From: Candidatus Omnitrophota bacterium
GTDB taxonomy: Bacteria > Omnitrophota > Gorgyraeia > Zapsychrales > Zapsychraceae
Direction: 5' to 3'
NCBI GenBank assembly: GCA_015233115.1
Contig: JADFYJ010000005.1
Coordinates: forward strand, 86,359-150,358
Length of the DNA: 64,000 bases
Within the stretch, counting starts at the first letter, position 1, and each line of letters starts with the position of its first letter. This document shows positions 37,753-46,166 of the stretch, in pieces. The translations under genes and the position numbers were made by a program. The notes under the pieces are model-generated. The model was given only the letters and a program-made list of their open reading frames with translations, did not search any database and had not been told where the DNA came from.

Positions 37753-38654
37753 TTCTTATGTGAACGCTTTTTAAAGAAATTTATAATTTCATCAACATAC
37801 GATTTATTCGTGAATATATCAATCATGTCAACCCGCGCGCGTCTTAACATCCTTTCCCTCTCAGTGAACCGTTTAACATTCCAGGCCTGATACTCTTCCC
37901 TGACAGATTGACTACTGCAATCCAAGGTAAAAATTTCTCCGGTTTCCGCGTCTTCTAAATAAACCAATCCCCGGTCCGGTAAATTAAATTCGCGCGGGTC
38001 ATTCAGCGTAATAGCGACGATATCGTGTCGTTTATTGGCGATTGAAATAGTCTTTTGAAGGACTTCAGTTTTTTTGTTTTGGACTTTAGCTGTTTCTGTT
38101 ATGAAATCAGAAATTAAAAAAACAATGGCTTTGCGGGTCATGGTAAGAATTAGGAAATCCAATGCCGCTACAATATCGGTAGTTTTTCCTTGGGGTTCAT
38201 AATATAAAACCTCACGAATGACCCTAAGGACATGACTTCGGCCTTTACGCGGTGGAATAAATTTTTCAACTTTATCGGTAAAAATGATCAACCCGACTTT
38301 ATCATTATTTTGTATCGCGGACAATGCTAACACAGCGGATATTTCTGCTGCGATCTGATTCTTGAGATTATTGACTGATCCAAACCTGAGCGAACGGGAC
38401 ATGTCGACCATGATCATAACCGTTAATTCGCGTTCTTCCACAAATTTTTTTACGTAAGGCTTTCCCGTACGCGCGGTCACATTCCAATCAATGGTCCGTA
38501 TATCATCGCCGATCTGATATTCACGCACCTCGTCAAACTCAATACCCTGCCCTTTAAAAACACTGTGATATTGACCGGCAAAAAGATCCGTGACCAAACG
38601 CGAAGTCTTGATCTCGATCCGACGTATCTTTTTAAATATCTCTTTTGGAATCAT
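37749..38654 (-). CDS. DUF58 protein (vWA-like partner of MoxR)
   Basis: ...GQYHSVFKGQGIEFDEVREYQIGDDIRTIDWNVTARTGKPYVKKFVEERELTVMIMVDMSRSL... Confidence 0.88.
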   Translation of the reverse strand: MIPKEIFKKIRRIEIKTSRLVTDLFAGQYHSVFKGQGIEFDEVREYQIGDDIRTIDWNVTARTGKPYVKKFVEERELTVMIMVDMSRSLRFGSVNNLKNQIAAEISAVLALSAIQNNDKVGLIIFTDKVEKFIPPRKGRSHVLRVIREVLYYEPQGKTTDIVAALDFLILTMTRKAIVFLISDFITETAKVQNKKTEVLQKTISIANKRHDIVAITLNDPREFNLPDRGLVYLEDAETGEIFTLDCSSQSVREEYQAWNVKRFTERERMLRRARVDMIDIFTNKSYVDEIINFFKKRSHKK

Positions 38655-38688
38655 AATAAAAACAGTATATGAAAAATTAAAAACTATA

Positions 38689-38816
38689 ACCGCGTGCCCA
38701 ACCTCAAGGTTTGTGTTTAAACTGAATCACCGAGCGAGTTCAGCTCCGCTTAGGAGCTGCTGTTTGAGCGAATGATTTGGTTTAAATGCAAACCGCCTAA
38801 CCGCGCGCTTTACTGG
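38689..38816. repeat. structured intergenic repeat, copy 2 (full length)
   Basis: ccgcgtgcccaacctcaaggtttgtgtttaaactgaatcaccgagcgagttcagctccgcttaggagctgctgtttgagcgaatgatttggtttaaatgcaaaccgcctaaccgcgcgc between moxR stop and DUF58 start. Confidence 0.85.
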
Positions 38817-38840
38817 ACGATTCTTTCCCACTCATTGTTT

Positions 38841-39838
38841 TTATGGAACCGGCACTTCATTAAAAATTCGCGTCACCACATCTTCAGAAGTTTTTTCTTC
38901 CGCTTCAGCTTCATACGTGACAATCACGCGGTGGCGCAAAACATCCATTCCAATAGACTTCACATCCTGCGGAGTCACATAGCCTCTGCCCTGCAAAAAA
39001 GCATACGCTTTCGAAGCAATGGTTAAATTGATCGTGGCGCGCGGAGATCCGCCGTACTGAATCAATCCTTTAAGATCATTTAATTTGTATTTTTCCGGAT
39101 AACGGGTCGCGTCGACGATATCCACAATATATTTCTGCACTTTATCATCCACATAAATATCATCGACGACACTGCGGGCGCGTAAGATCTGCTCCGGCGT
39201 CATGATCGGCAACACCTCAATCGTGTGGGATGTAAAACTCATTCTTTTGAGAATTTCCAATTCTTCTTCTTTTGTAGGATACGTCAGCTTGACTTTAAGC
39301 ATGAAACGGTCAACTTGTGCTTCAGGTAATCGATAAGTACCTTCTTGTTCAATGGGGTTCTGAGTCGCCAATACCATAAATAGATCGTCTAACTTCATGG
39401 TGTTGTTGCCCAGGGTAATTTGACGTTCCTGCATAGATTCGAGTAAGGCACTCTGAACTTTAGCCGGAGCACGGTTAATTTCGTCAGCCAAAATCAAATT
39501 TCCAAATAAAGGACCTTTTTGTATCCTAAATTCCGTAGTTCTCTGGTCATAAATCAAAGTTCCAGTCAAATCAGCTGGAAGCATATCCGGAGTAAATTGA
39601 ATACGCTGAAATTTTGCTTGAATCGTTGACGCGAGAGTTTTAACAGCCGTTGTTTTGGCCAAGCCCGGTACGCTTTCAATCAGCACATGCCCATTCGCCA
39701 TTAATCCAACCAACAGACGGTCCAACAAATAACTTTGCCCAACAATAACCTTTTGACACTCAGACAAAATTTTTCTGACAAACGCGCTTTCATGCCGCAC
39801 CTTCTCATTTAATGCCGTGATATCCATAAAAGACATAT
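38841..39838 (-). CDS. moxR: MoxR-family AAA+ ATPase
   Basis: VIVGQSYLLDRLLVGLMANGHVLIESVPGLAKTTAVKTLAS...FMVLATQNPIEQEGTYRLPEAQVDRF. ATG at 39838. The longer ORF-track N-terminus runs into a repeat arm. Confidence 0.9.
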
Positions 39839-39852
39839 ACGTTCTCCTTTTA

Positions 39853-40134
39853 AATAGTAACCGAGTAACAAAGCAACCGCGTAACAAAAAAACAGAACAA
39901 CATCGTAATATTTTGACAATACAAAAACATTAAATTTTAAAAAAATAAAACATAGATATGACGTTACCAATAAAATATTTAATAAAACGAATAAAAGTTA
40001 AAAAATATATTTTCAAAATATTTTCAAATAAATAACATAATTTTATTATTGCGATATCATCAACGCCTTACCAACATCGCTTTACCATCAAGCGCTTTTT
40101 CTCTGTTACTCTGTTACTCGGTTACTTTGTTACG
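39853..40134. repeat. paired repeat-array element (GTAACAGAG type): L 39853-39896, AT-rich spacer, triple core 40058-40101, R 40102-40134
   Basis: Between the stop of the 1095-aa gene and moxR start. Confidence 0.8.
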
Positions 40135-40136
40135 TA

Positions 40137-43100
40137 TTAATTAAAAAATACATCAACCCGTTCTACTTTACGGGAACGAATATCTAGTGCATATGGAGCA
40201 GTGAGCACCCCTGATTCTACAACGATCGGCTTTTTATTATTCATATACGTCAAATGGACTTCTTTAATTACAACCCGGTCTTTCCCATAGGTATTTTTTC
40301 TGCCCGGATTATGATATACCACGATCATGGATCCAAACAATGTAAACGCGTACGCATTTTTAGGAATTTCCACCATCCGCTGGTGGTTTAAACTGTCAAT
40401 ATAAGTCATCTCAGTTTTTTGTTCAGTAAAAATCCAACCCGGTAAAGCAGGACTAAATTCTAGCACTAAACCTTTTTTATTGTCAAGATAGAATGGTTTT
40501 TTTCCAACATTCATTAACATCCAAATATGCAGGAACTCCGCCGTGCTCCCCGATAAACGCGCCACAAACCCCTGGCCATGAAGATTAATATCTTGATGGG
40601 CGCTCGAAACCAAAAAGGATGAATTTTCCAAAATACTACGGCCATATACCTCCGGCTTCATAAAAGGCACCAACACCTGTTTAAAATTAGCGTAAAAATC
40701 ATCCGCTAAATCACAGCGCAATAACTCCAGCATCAACTTGTATTCCATATGTAGCCAGACGGATTCATTTTCGAGCCAACCAGCGGGAAAGACCCGGGAA
40801 CGTCCAATATCCGTCGAGCTGGAAGACAAATCCGCGTTCACTTTATACATCTTCAATTTTTTATCAAACAGGTCACTGCGTCGGACATCCTCATATAATT
40901 TCCGGGCTGAGTCACCTACTCCCTCTGTTCTTAACGCATGCACATAGCCTTCTAAAAACAAAGGCAGCCGGTGTAATTCAAATTTTTTGGGCCGAATTAA
41001 TTTTTTAGTTTTATCGATCAGCTCATATTCCTTAACTTCATGAAAAAAGTAAGTGGATAAAAATCCTTTTTCATCTTTTGCCAATTCAACGGCTTTAGTG
41101 GTCTTTGTTACAACCGCATTCAAAAAAGTCTTGATTTCTTTTAAAGTCATTTCCTGCTCATGACCTTGAATACCCTTGCGGACTTTCCCACGATAATGCT
41201 CTTTAATATCATTCGCTTTGGTCCAAAACGCCAAGGGGTTTGGTTCTAGTGATAACACATTTGTCAAACCTGAAATAAATGTGGCCAGCTCTTCGAAAAC
41301 CGTCACTTTGACTGTATCCGCTATACTTAACTCATTCACCGCATTGATTAAAAATTGCGCGAAGCGTTTGACTTCATAGGTCTCGCAGATTGATGAACCT
41401 AATAAGCCCGGCAAACCATTTAACGAATCGTACCAACTCGGTTTATCTGCCTCCATTTCAATTCCTATGTTACTAGGATCTAACGTCGCAACTTTATTGG
41501 CTAACAGGCAAAGCATTTTTACAAACAAATTAGTGCGATAAACAACACCGCCCCCATTCATAGTTTTGATCTTATGTTCAGCGACATCGCCGACTTCAGA
41601 CACTCCACCTTTGGCCACAGACGAATACTGCCTGACCCCTTTATCTGTCAGCACGTATCGTTTATCTCTAGGCAAAACATAGTGATCACTATGATAAAAA
41701 GAAAATTCTTTTCGATCAAACAAAACACCTTTGAGATCTTCCGGGTAAACACTCAAATAACTTTCAACCAAATCAAGATTATAAGCCCAATGGTCAATCC
41801 AAAATCCTTCGCCATGGTCAGCCATTTCATTTTTATGGCAAACTTCAAGAACCTTACCTAAAAATTCTTTTTTGTCGACGGTCAACTGAATATGATGCAG
41901 ATAAATAAACCGGAGAAGCTCTCCTGGTAAAAAAGATTTTTTTAGAAATTCGAGTAACTTCTCCTGATCCGAAGGCGCAGCGCTTCCGGCTAACACCGTC
42001 TTTATTTTTTCAACATCATTAACCAAAAAAGTCGTCCCTTTAATGATCAAAGGATTATAACCATCCGGCTGGATCAAATTAAGAAAATTCACCAAATGGC
42101 TGTCTTTAATGTCCGTGTTAAACCATACATCATTCCTGCGATTCTGGTTCACATCGCGGTAATTACCATTTCCCTGAGAATAAAATGTCGACGCCACAAA
42201 AAAATAATTATAATCACGTTCTAGATCACCATGTTTCCGGCTATAGACGTTGAAAGCCACGTCTCCGTCCGTTGTTTTTAAAGAAACGGGCAATCCGCCT
42301 CGTAAAATATTATCCAAAAATGTGTGCTGGCTATAAAGATCAAATTCAAGAGATGAGCTTTTGGTCAACGCGAAATTTTTTATCTGATCAATGAGCTCTT
42401 TATTCCGTGCGGCTTTTTGACTGATAAAATTTTCTCCTCCCACAACCTGCTGAACAATGCTGTTTAATTGCCCAACTTCATGAGCATATCCAAACAGAGA
42501 ACTAATCGTTTGTTCTCCTCCCGGTTCAATGACCGTGACCCAATGACTCATCGCCGACGGAGTCCGGTTGGCAGTCTGTTGTACCTCTGGAACTTTAAAA
42601 TCAGCCTTTAAAAATTCCGCGGGCGCGATGAAATCGTTACAATGATCAAATACAATGGCTGACTCAACCAAAGGCGGCAACAATACATTTTTCCCGCTTT
42701 CATTTTTAAAGCTAAAAAAGAAATTCCCTTCTTTAATCTCATTAACTTCCGGACGGTCTGCCACTTCCACATTCAAATGATAATAAGGTGCTTTATTGTC
42801 TAAATTTTGCACTTTCACCCAAGCCTCAACCGTACGGCACATATTTTTACTAACCCAATCATTAATCCCATACGGAATAATAACCGGCAAACCATCCACC
42901 ACTTCGATTTCGCGGCGCCTTGAACCCGTATTTTGAATGGTAACCCGGCGGACTAAACCAGCAAACGGCTCTTCCGGCAGTGTAAAATAATTAACTGTTA
43001 CAGTCATCTCCAAATCTTCATTTTTTTCAATGAGTGTCAAATCATGGGCCGTTATCGACATGGTCTGCGTGGTTTTATAATCCGTCCCTGGTAAAAAAGT

Positions 43101-43424
43101 CTGGAAAGGTTCCCAATAAATAGTTTTATCCGCATCTTTAATTTTAATAAAAGTTCGGAAGCCTTGCAACGAAGTCAGACGGTAAGATTTATTCGCGGGC
43201 TGAAATTCCATGATCGCTTTGTCTTTTGATTCAATCCCAAAACTAGCGATCCCCTGTCCGCGGTTGGTATAAAAAACCCACATCGGAATTCCCCAAAGTC
43301 CGGAAATTCCTGGGAAAAAATTACTGAAAGTTTTACTAAAATTATAATTTTCAATCAAAAAACTGCCATTATCCTGGTTTAAAAAATACCGTGCAGTTCT
43401 ATTCTGTTTGATCACTTCACTCAT
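40137..43424 (-). CDS. large (about 1095 aa) cytoplasmic protein, probably a glycoside hydrolase/phosphorylase-like enzyme (N-terminal beta-sandwich plus (alpha/alpha)6-type half; possibly GH94-like). Function unassigned.
   Basis: No signal peptide. Start MSEVIKQNRTARYF with RBS aagggcgaagg. Motifs YRDVNQNRRNDVWF and GFWIDHWAYNLDL. Size is comparable to 1,2-beta-oligoglucan phosphorylases. Family assignment is weak. Confidence 0.45.
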   Translation of the reverse strand: MSEVIKQNRTARYFLNQDNGSFLIENYNFSKTFSNFFPGISGLWGIPMWVFYTNRGQGIASFGIESKDKAIMEFQPANKSYRLTSLQGFRTFIKIKDADKTIYWEPFQTFLPGTDYKTTQTMSITAHDLTLIEKNEDLEMTVTVNYFTLPEEPFAGLVRRVTIQNTGSRRREIEVVDGLPVIIPYGINDWVSKNMCRTVEAWVKVQNLDNKAPYYHLNVEVADRPEVNEIKEGNFFFSFKNESGKNVLLPPLVESAIVFDHCNDFIAPAEFLKADFKVPEVQQTANRTPSAMSHWVTVIEPGGEQTISSLFGYAHEVGQLNSIVQQVVGGENFISQKAARNKELIDQIKNFALTKSSSLEFDLYSQHTFLDNILRGGLPVSLKTTDGDVAFNVYSRKHGDLERDYNYFFVASTFYSQGNGNYRDVNQNRRNDVWFNTDIKDSHLVNFLNLIQPDGYNPLIIKGTTFLVNDVEKIKTVLAGSAAPSDQEKLLEFLKKSFLPGELLRFIYLHHIQLTVDKKEFLGKVLEVCHKNEMADHGEGFWIDHWAYNLDLVESYLSVYPEDLKGVLFDRKEFSFYHSDHYVLPRDKRYVLTDKGVRQYSSVAKGGVSEVGDVAEHKIKTMNGGGVVYRTNLFVKMLCLLANKVATLDPSNIGIEMEADKPSWYDSLNGLPGLLGSSICETYEVKRFAQFLINAVNELSIADTVKVTVFEELATFISGLTNVLSLEPNPLAFWTKANDIKEHYRGKVRKGIQGHEQEMTLKEIKTFLNAVVTKTTKAVELAKDEKGFLSTYFFHEVKEYELIDKTKKLIRPKKFELHRLPLFLEGYVHALRTEGVGDSARKLYEDVRRSDLFDKKLKMYKVNADLSSSSTDIGRSRVFPAGWLENESVWLHMEYKLMLELLRCDLADDFYANFKQVLVPFMKPEVYGRSILENSSFLVSSAHQDINLHGQGFVARLSGSTAEFLHIWMLMNVGKKPFYLDNKKGLVLEFSPALPGWIFTEQKTEMTYIDSLNHQRMVEIPKNAYAFTLFGSMIVVYHNPGRKNTYGKDRVVIKEVHLTYMNNKKPIVVESGVLTAPYALDIRSRKVERVDVFFN

Positions 43425-43446
43425 CCTTCGCCCTTTCACTGTTATC

Positions 43447-44229
43447 TTAATTTGGATTCTTAAGCATTCTGAAATAATTATAATATCCGGACAATTTAAC
43501 AACCATTTCAACAGGAGTATGGTCACGGCTGCTTAAACGGATTCTTTTCAATTCATACACATCATGATTAAAGCGGTCTGATCCCCGATTAGTCGCGAAC
43601 GCGGCCTTAAACCCCGCTTCTTGAGTCATACGTTTGATCGGATCGCTAAACCCTCCTATAGGATAAGCCAGAAAATTTATCGGCGCTCCTAAACGCTCTT
43701 CAATTATCTTCTTGCTTTCAAAAATTTCCCGACGTTGTCCAGCAATATCAAAATCCAGTAAATACGCGTGACTAACGGTATGGCTTCCAAAAGCAATGCC
43801 ATTTTTAGCCATTTCCCTGATGTTAGATTCAGATAAAAAACTTTTGTTTTCAAACGCGGACGCGATCAAAAAAATGGTAGCCGGAATTTTATATTTTTTC
43901 AAAATCGGATAAGCATATTGATAATTATTATAGTTTCCATCATCAAAAGTGATGGCCACTGTATTATGCGGCATCTTGCTCCCCGCCTTGATCCTGTCGA
44001 CTAATTCAGTTAAAGTAATGACATTATAATGATGCTTGCGGAGAAAAGACATCTGCCAATCAAATTCTTCTGGAGAAACCCAATTGGGCGCTTGATGATC
44101 CAACACCTCAACATTGTGATACATCAAAACCGGGACAGTATATTGATCCCAAACCCAAATAAAAAATCCGCATACAGAAATAAATAATACGGCAATCCCC
44201 AACAAAATAATTTTAACTACTTTTTTCAT
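43447..44229 (-). CDS. polysaccharide deacetylase (NodB homology, CE4) with N-terminal membrane anchor
   Basis: MKKVVKIILLGIAVLFI... then ...AITFDDGNYNNYQYAYPILKKYKIPATIFLI...GSHTVSHAYL... Confidence 0.85.
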   Translation of the reverse strand: MKKVVKIILLGIAVLFISVCGFFIWVWDQYTVPVLMYHNVEVLDHQAPNWVSPEEFDWQMSFLRKHHYNVITLTELVDRIKAGSKMPHNTVAITFDDGNYNNYQYAYPILKKYKIPATIFLIASAFENKSFLSESNIREMAKNGIAFGSHTVSHAYLLDFDIAGQRREIFESKKIIEERLGAPINFLAYPIGGFSDPIKRMTQEAGFKAAFATNRGSDRFNHDVYELKRIRLSSRDHTPVEMVVKLSGYYNYFRMLKNPN

Positions 44230-44236
44230 TTTATTC

Positions 44237-44689
44237 CTAAACTGCAGACAACGCCGCTTTGACCAATTCACTAATCATTTTATTATCCGCACGCCCAGCG
44301 GCCTTAGCTACGACTTCTTTCATAATTCTTCCCATATCTTTCACCGTCACCGCGCCCATTTCTTTAACCACTTCCGCGACAATGATTTTAAGCTCATCTT
44401 CAGATAACTCCTGAGGCAAATATTTTTTTAATATCCCCATTTCCACCGTCTCTTTATCTACCAAATCAGGACGGTTACCCTGTTTAAATTGTTCGATCGA
44501 ATCCTGACGTTGTTTAATCTGTTTTTTAATAATAGCCACGACCTCCAAATCATCCAACTTTTCAACCCGTTTATCAATAATGACATTTTTAATCTGGGCC
44601 CGTAAAAAACTTAAGCATGAAGACGTGACAGAATTTTTATCCTTCATAGCTTGAACATAATCTTTTTGTATCTGCTGTTCTAAAAGCAT
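44237..44689 (-). CDS. yqeY: GatB/YqeY domain protein
   Basis: MLLEQQIQKDYVQAMKDKNSVTSSCLSFLRAQIKNVIID... 150 aa, typical YqeY. Confidence 0.85.
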   Translation of the reverse strand: MLLEQQIQKDYVQAMKDKNSVTSSCLSFLRAQIKNVIIDKRVEKLDDLEVVAIIKKQIKQRQDSIEQFKQGNRPDLVDKETVEMGILKKYLPQELSEDELKIIVAEVVKEMGAVTVKDMGRIMKEVVAKAAGRADNKMISELVKAALSAV

Positions 44690-44705
44690 TTTATACTCCT
44701 TTTAA

Positions 44706-44941
44706 AAGTATGTAGTATGCGGTCTGTCGTATGTAGCAAAAACGATAAAACCGTAAAAAATAAAACCAGAAAAACACGCTTATATTATGCCATAACAACC
44801 GCTGTAAAAAGCGATGACTGATAAAAAAATTTCACAAAAATTTATTCGTTTTTTAATAGATAATTTACTAATTACCCAACAATTAATAGTTTCCCAGTCC
44901 TTCAATTCACACCACATACGACATACGACATACTACATACC
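44706..44941. repeat. paired repeat-array element (TACATAC/TACGAC type): L 44706-44743, AT-rich spacer, R 44908-44941
   Basis: Between DUF167 stop and yqeY start. Confidence 0.75.
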
Positions 44942-45166
44942 ATTTTTAATTTCATTTATATTAATTGTTTTGTTTCGTGATTTCAATCCTTTTATGATCT
45001 CGATATTTGTCTTCCTGACATCATAATAATCCGCTAAAAAATCAATGACTGCTTTATTAGCTTTGCCTTCCACAGCCGGCGCAGTCAAATGTAATTTCAA
45101 CTGTCCATTCTCGTCCTTCAACAAATTCTTTTTAGCACCAGGGGTGACTTTAATATTTATAATCAT
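44933..45166 (-). CDS. DUF167 (YggU/UPF0235) protein
   Basis: MIINIKVTPGAKKNLLKDENGQLKLHLTAPAVEGKANKAVIDFLADYY... The longer ORF-track start would overlap repeat copy 3. Confidence 0.75.
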   Translation of the reverse strand: MIINIKVTPGAKKNLLKDENGQLKLHLTAPAVEGKANKAVIDFLADYYDVRKTNIEIIKGLKSRNKTININEIKNGM

Positions 45167-45175
45167 AAATTTAAT

Positions 45176-45257
45176 CCGCGTGCCCAACACAAGGTTTGTG
45201 TTTAAACCGAATCACCGAGCGCCTGCCTGCCGGCAGGCAGGAGTTCAGCTCCGCTTA
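45176..45257. repeat. structured intergenic repeat, copy 3 (truncated, with inserted palindrome gcctgcctgccggcaggcagg)
   Basis: Shares ccgcgtgcccaacacaaggtttgtgtttaaaccgaatcaccgagcg...agttcagctccgctta; ends at the ygjP stop codon. Confidence 0.75.
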
Positions 45258-46019
45258 CAATTCCGGTATCACCATCTCCCCCTGATGCTGTCTTAACCAT
45301 TTCTTCCGTTCGCGGTAATCGGGCATAAATGTTTCGACTTGCTTCCAAAAACGCGGAGAATGATTAGCTTCAATCAAATGACACAATTCATGCACTGCCA
45401 CATAATCAATAACTGCCAGAGGGGCTAAAACAACTTGCCAGTTTATATTAATAGAACGGTTTCCCTTATGGCAGTTTCCCCATACTCTTTTCTGAGTACG
45501 CACCGCTATGGTTTCAGGTTCGACCCCAATAATCCGGCTATAATGAAATATCCTTCCCCCCACAATTTCTTTAGCCTGCGCCTTATACCAATCAATCAAT
45601 AAATTACGGATCACCCCTTGAACCGCGTCTTTTGCGTCTCCCGCAACCTTAATATCCCATTTTACACCATCGAAGAACAGAACAGACCGACCTTCAGCTA
45701 TCTCGATAATCGACAATGGATATTTTGAACCCAAAAATAAAAACTCTTCCCCATGCTTGAATTCTTTGCTCCAACCCGCGCCACGCTGTTGAACTTCGGT
45801 CAATTTTGACCATATCCAATCCGACCGTTCGCGTATGAATTCATGGACCCCGTCTAATGAAACAGATACGGGTACCGACACTTTAACGCGGCATTGAGAA
45901 TCAACACTGATAGACAGACTCCTGCGTCTGGGGGAACGAGCTAAAGTATAATTCAGTTCTCCCTGAGGCGTTTTAACACAACAAGCCAGTTTGGCAACCG
46001 GACGAAAATATTTTCGCAT
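45255..46019 (-). CDS. ygjP: YgjP-like metal-dependent hydrolase (DUF45 / M48-like, HExxH)
   Basis: ...WGNCHKGNRSININWQVVLAPLAVIDYVAVHELCHLIEANHSPRFW... Confidence 0.85.
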   Translation of the reverse strand: MRKYFRPVAKLACCVKTPQGELNYTLARSPRRRSLSISVDSQCRVKVSVPVSVSLDGVHEFIRERSDWIWSKLTEVQQRGAGWSKEFKHGEEFLFLGSKYPLSIIEIAEGRSVLFFDGVKWDIKVAGDAKDAVQGVIRNLLIDWYKAQAKEIVGGRIFHYSRIIGVEPETIAVRTQKRVWGNCHKGNRSININWQVVLAPLAVIDYVAVHELCHLIEANHSPRFWKQVETFMPDYRERKKWLRQHQGEMVIPEL

Positions 46020-46093
46020 ATCTGTAACATACCAGAAACCGTAAACAAAAAAACCAAAAAGTAATAAAACTTTTTGGTTTTTTTATTTTATCA

Positions 46094-46165
46094 GGGCGGT
46101 TCGTAAACCGCCCATAAACAATCGCTTTTTCATTGTCACATTGTTACATTGTCACACTGTCACGC
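46094..46165. repeat. GC hairpin gggcggttcgtaaaccgccc, core caatcgctttttc, and R arm of TGTCACA type (attgtcacattgttacattgtcacactgtcacgc) after the PilZ gene stop
   Basis: Read from sequence. Confidence 0.75.
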
Positions 46166-46166
46166 T

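Noticed and set aside
46094-46113. Hairpin gggcggttcgtaaaccgccc as intrinsic terminator of the PilZ gene
   Set aside because: On the transcribed minus strand it is followed by an A-rich, not U-rich, tract. The T-run lies on the wrong side. Recorded as a GC hairpin within the repeat element instead.
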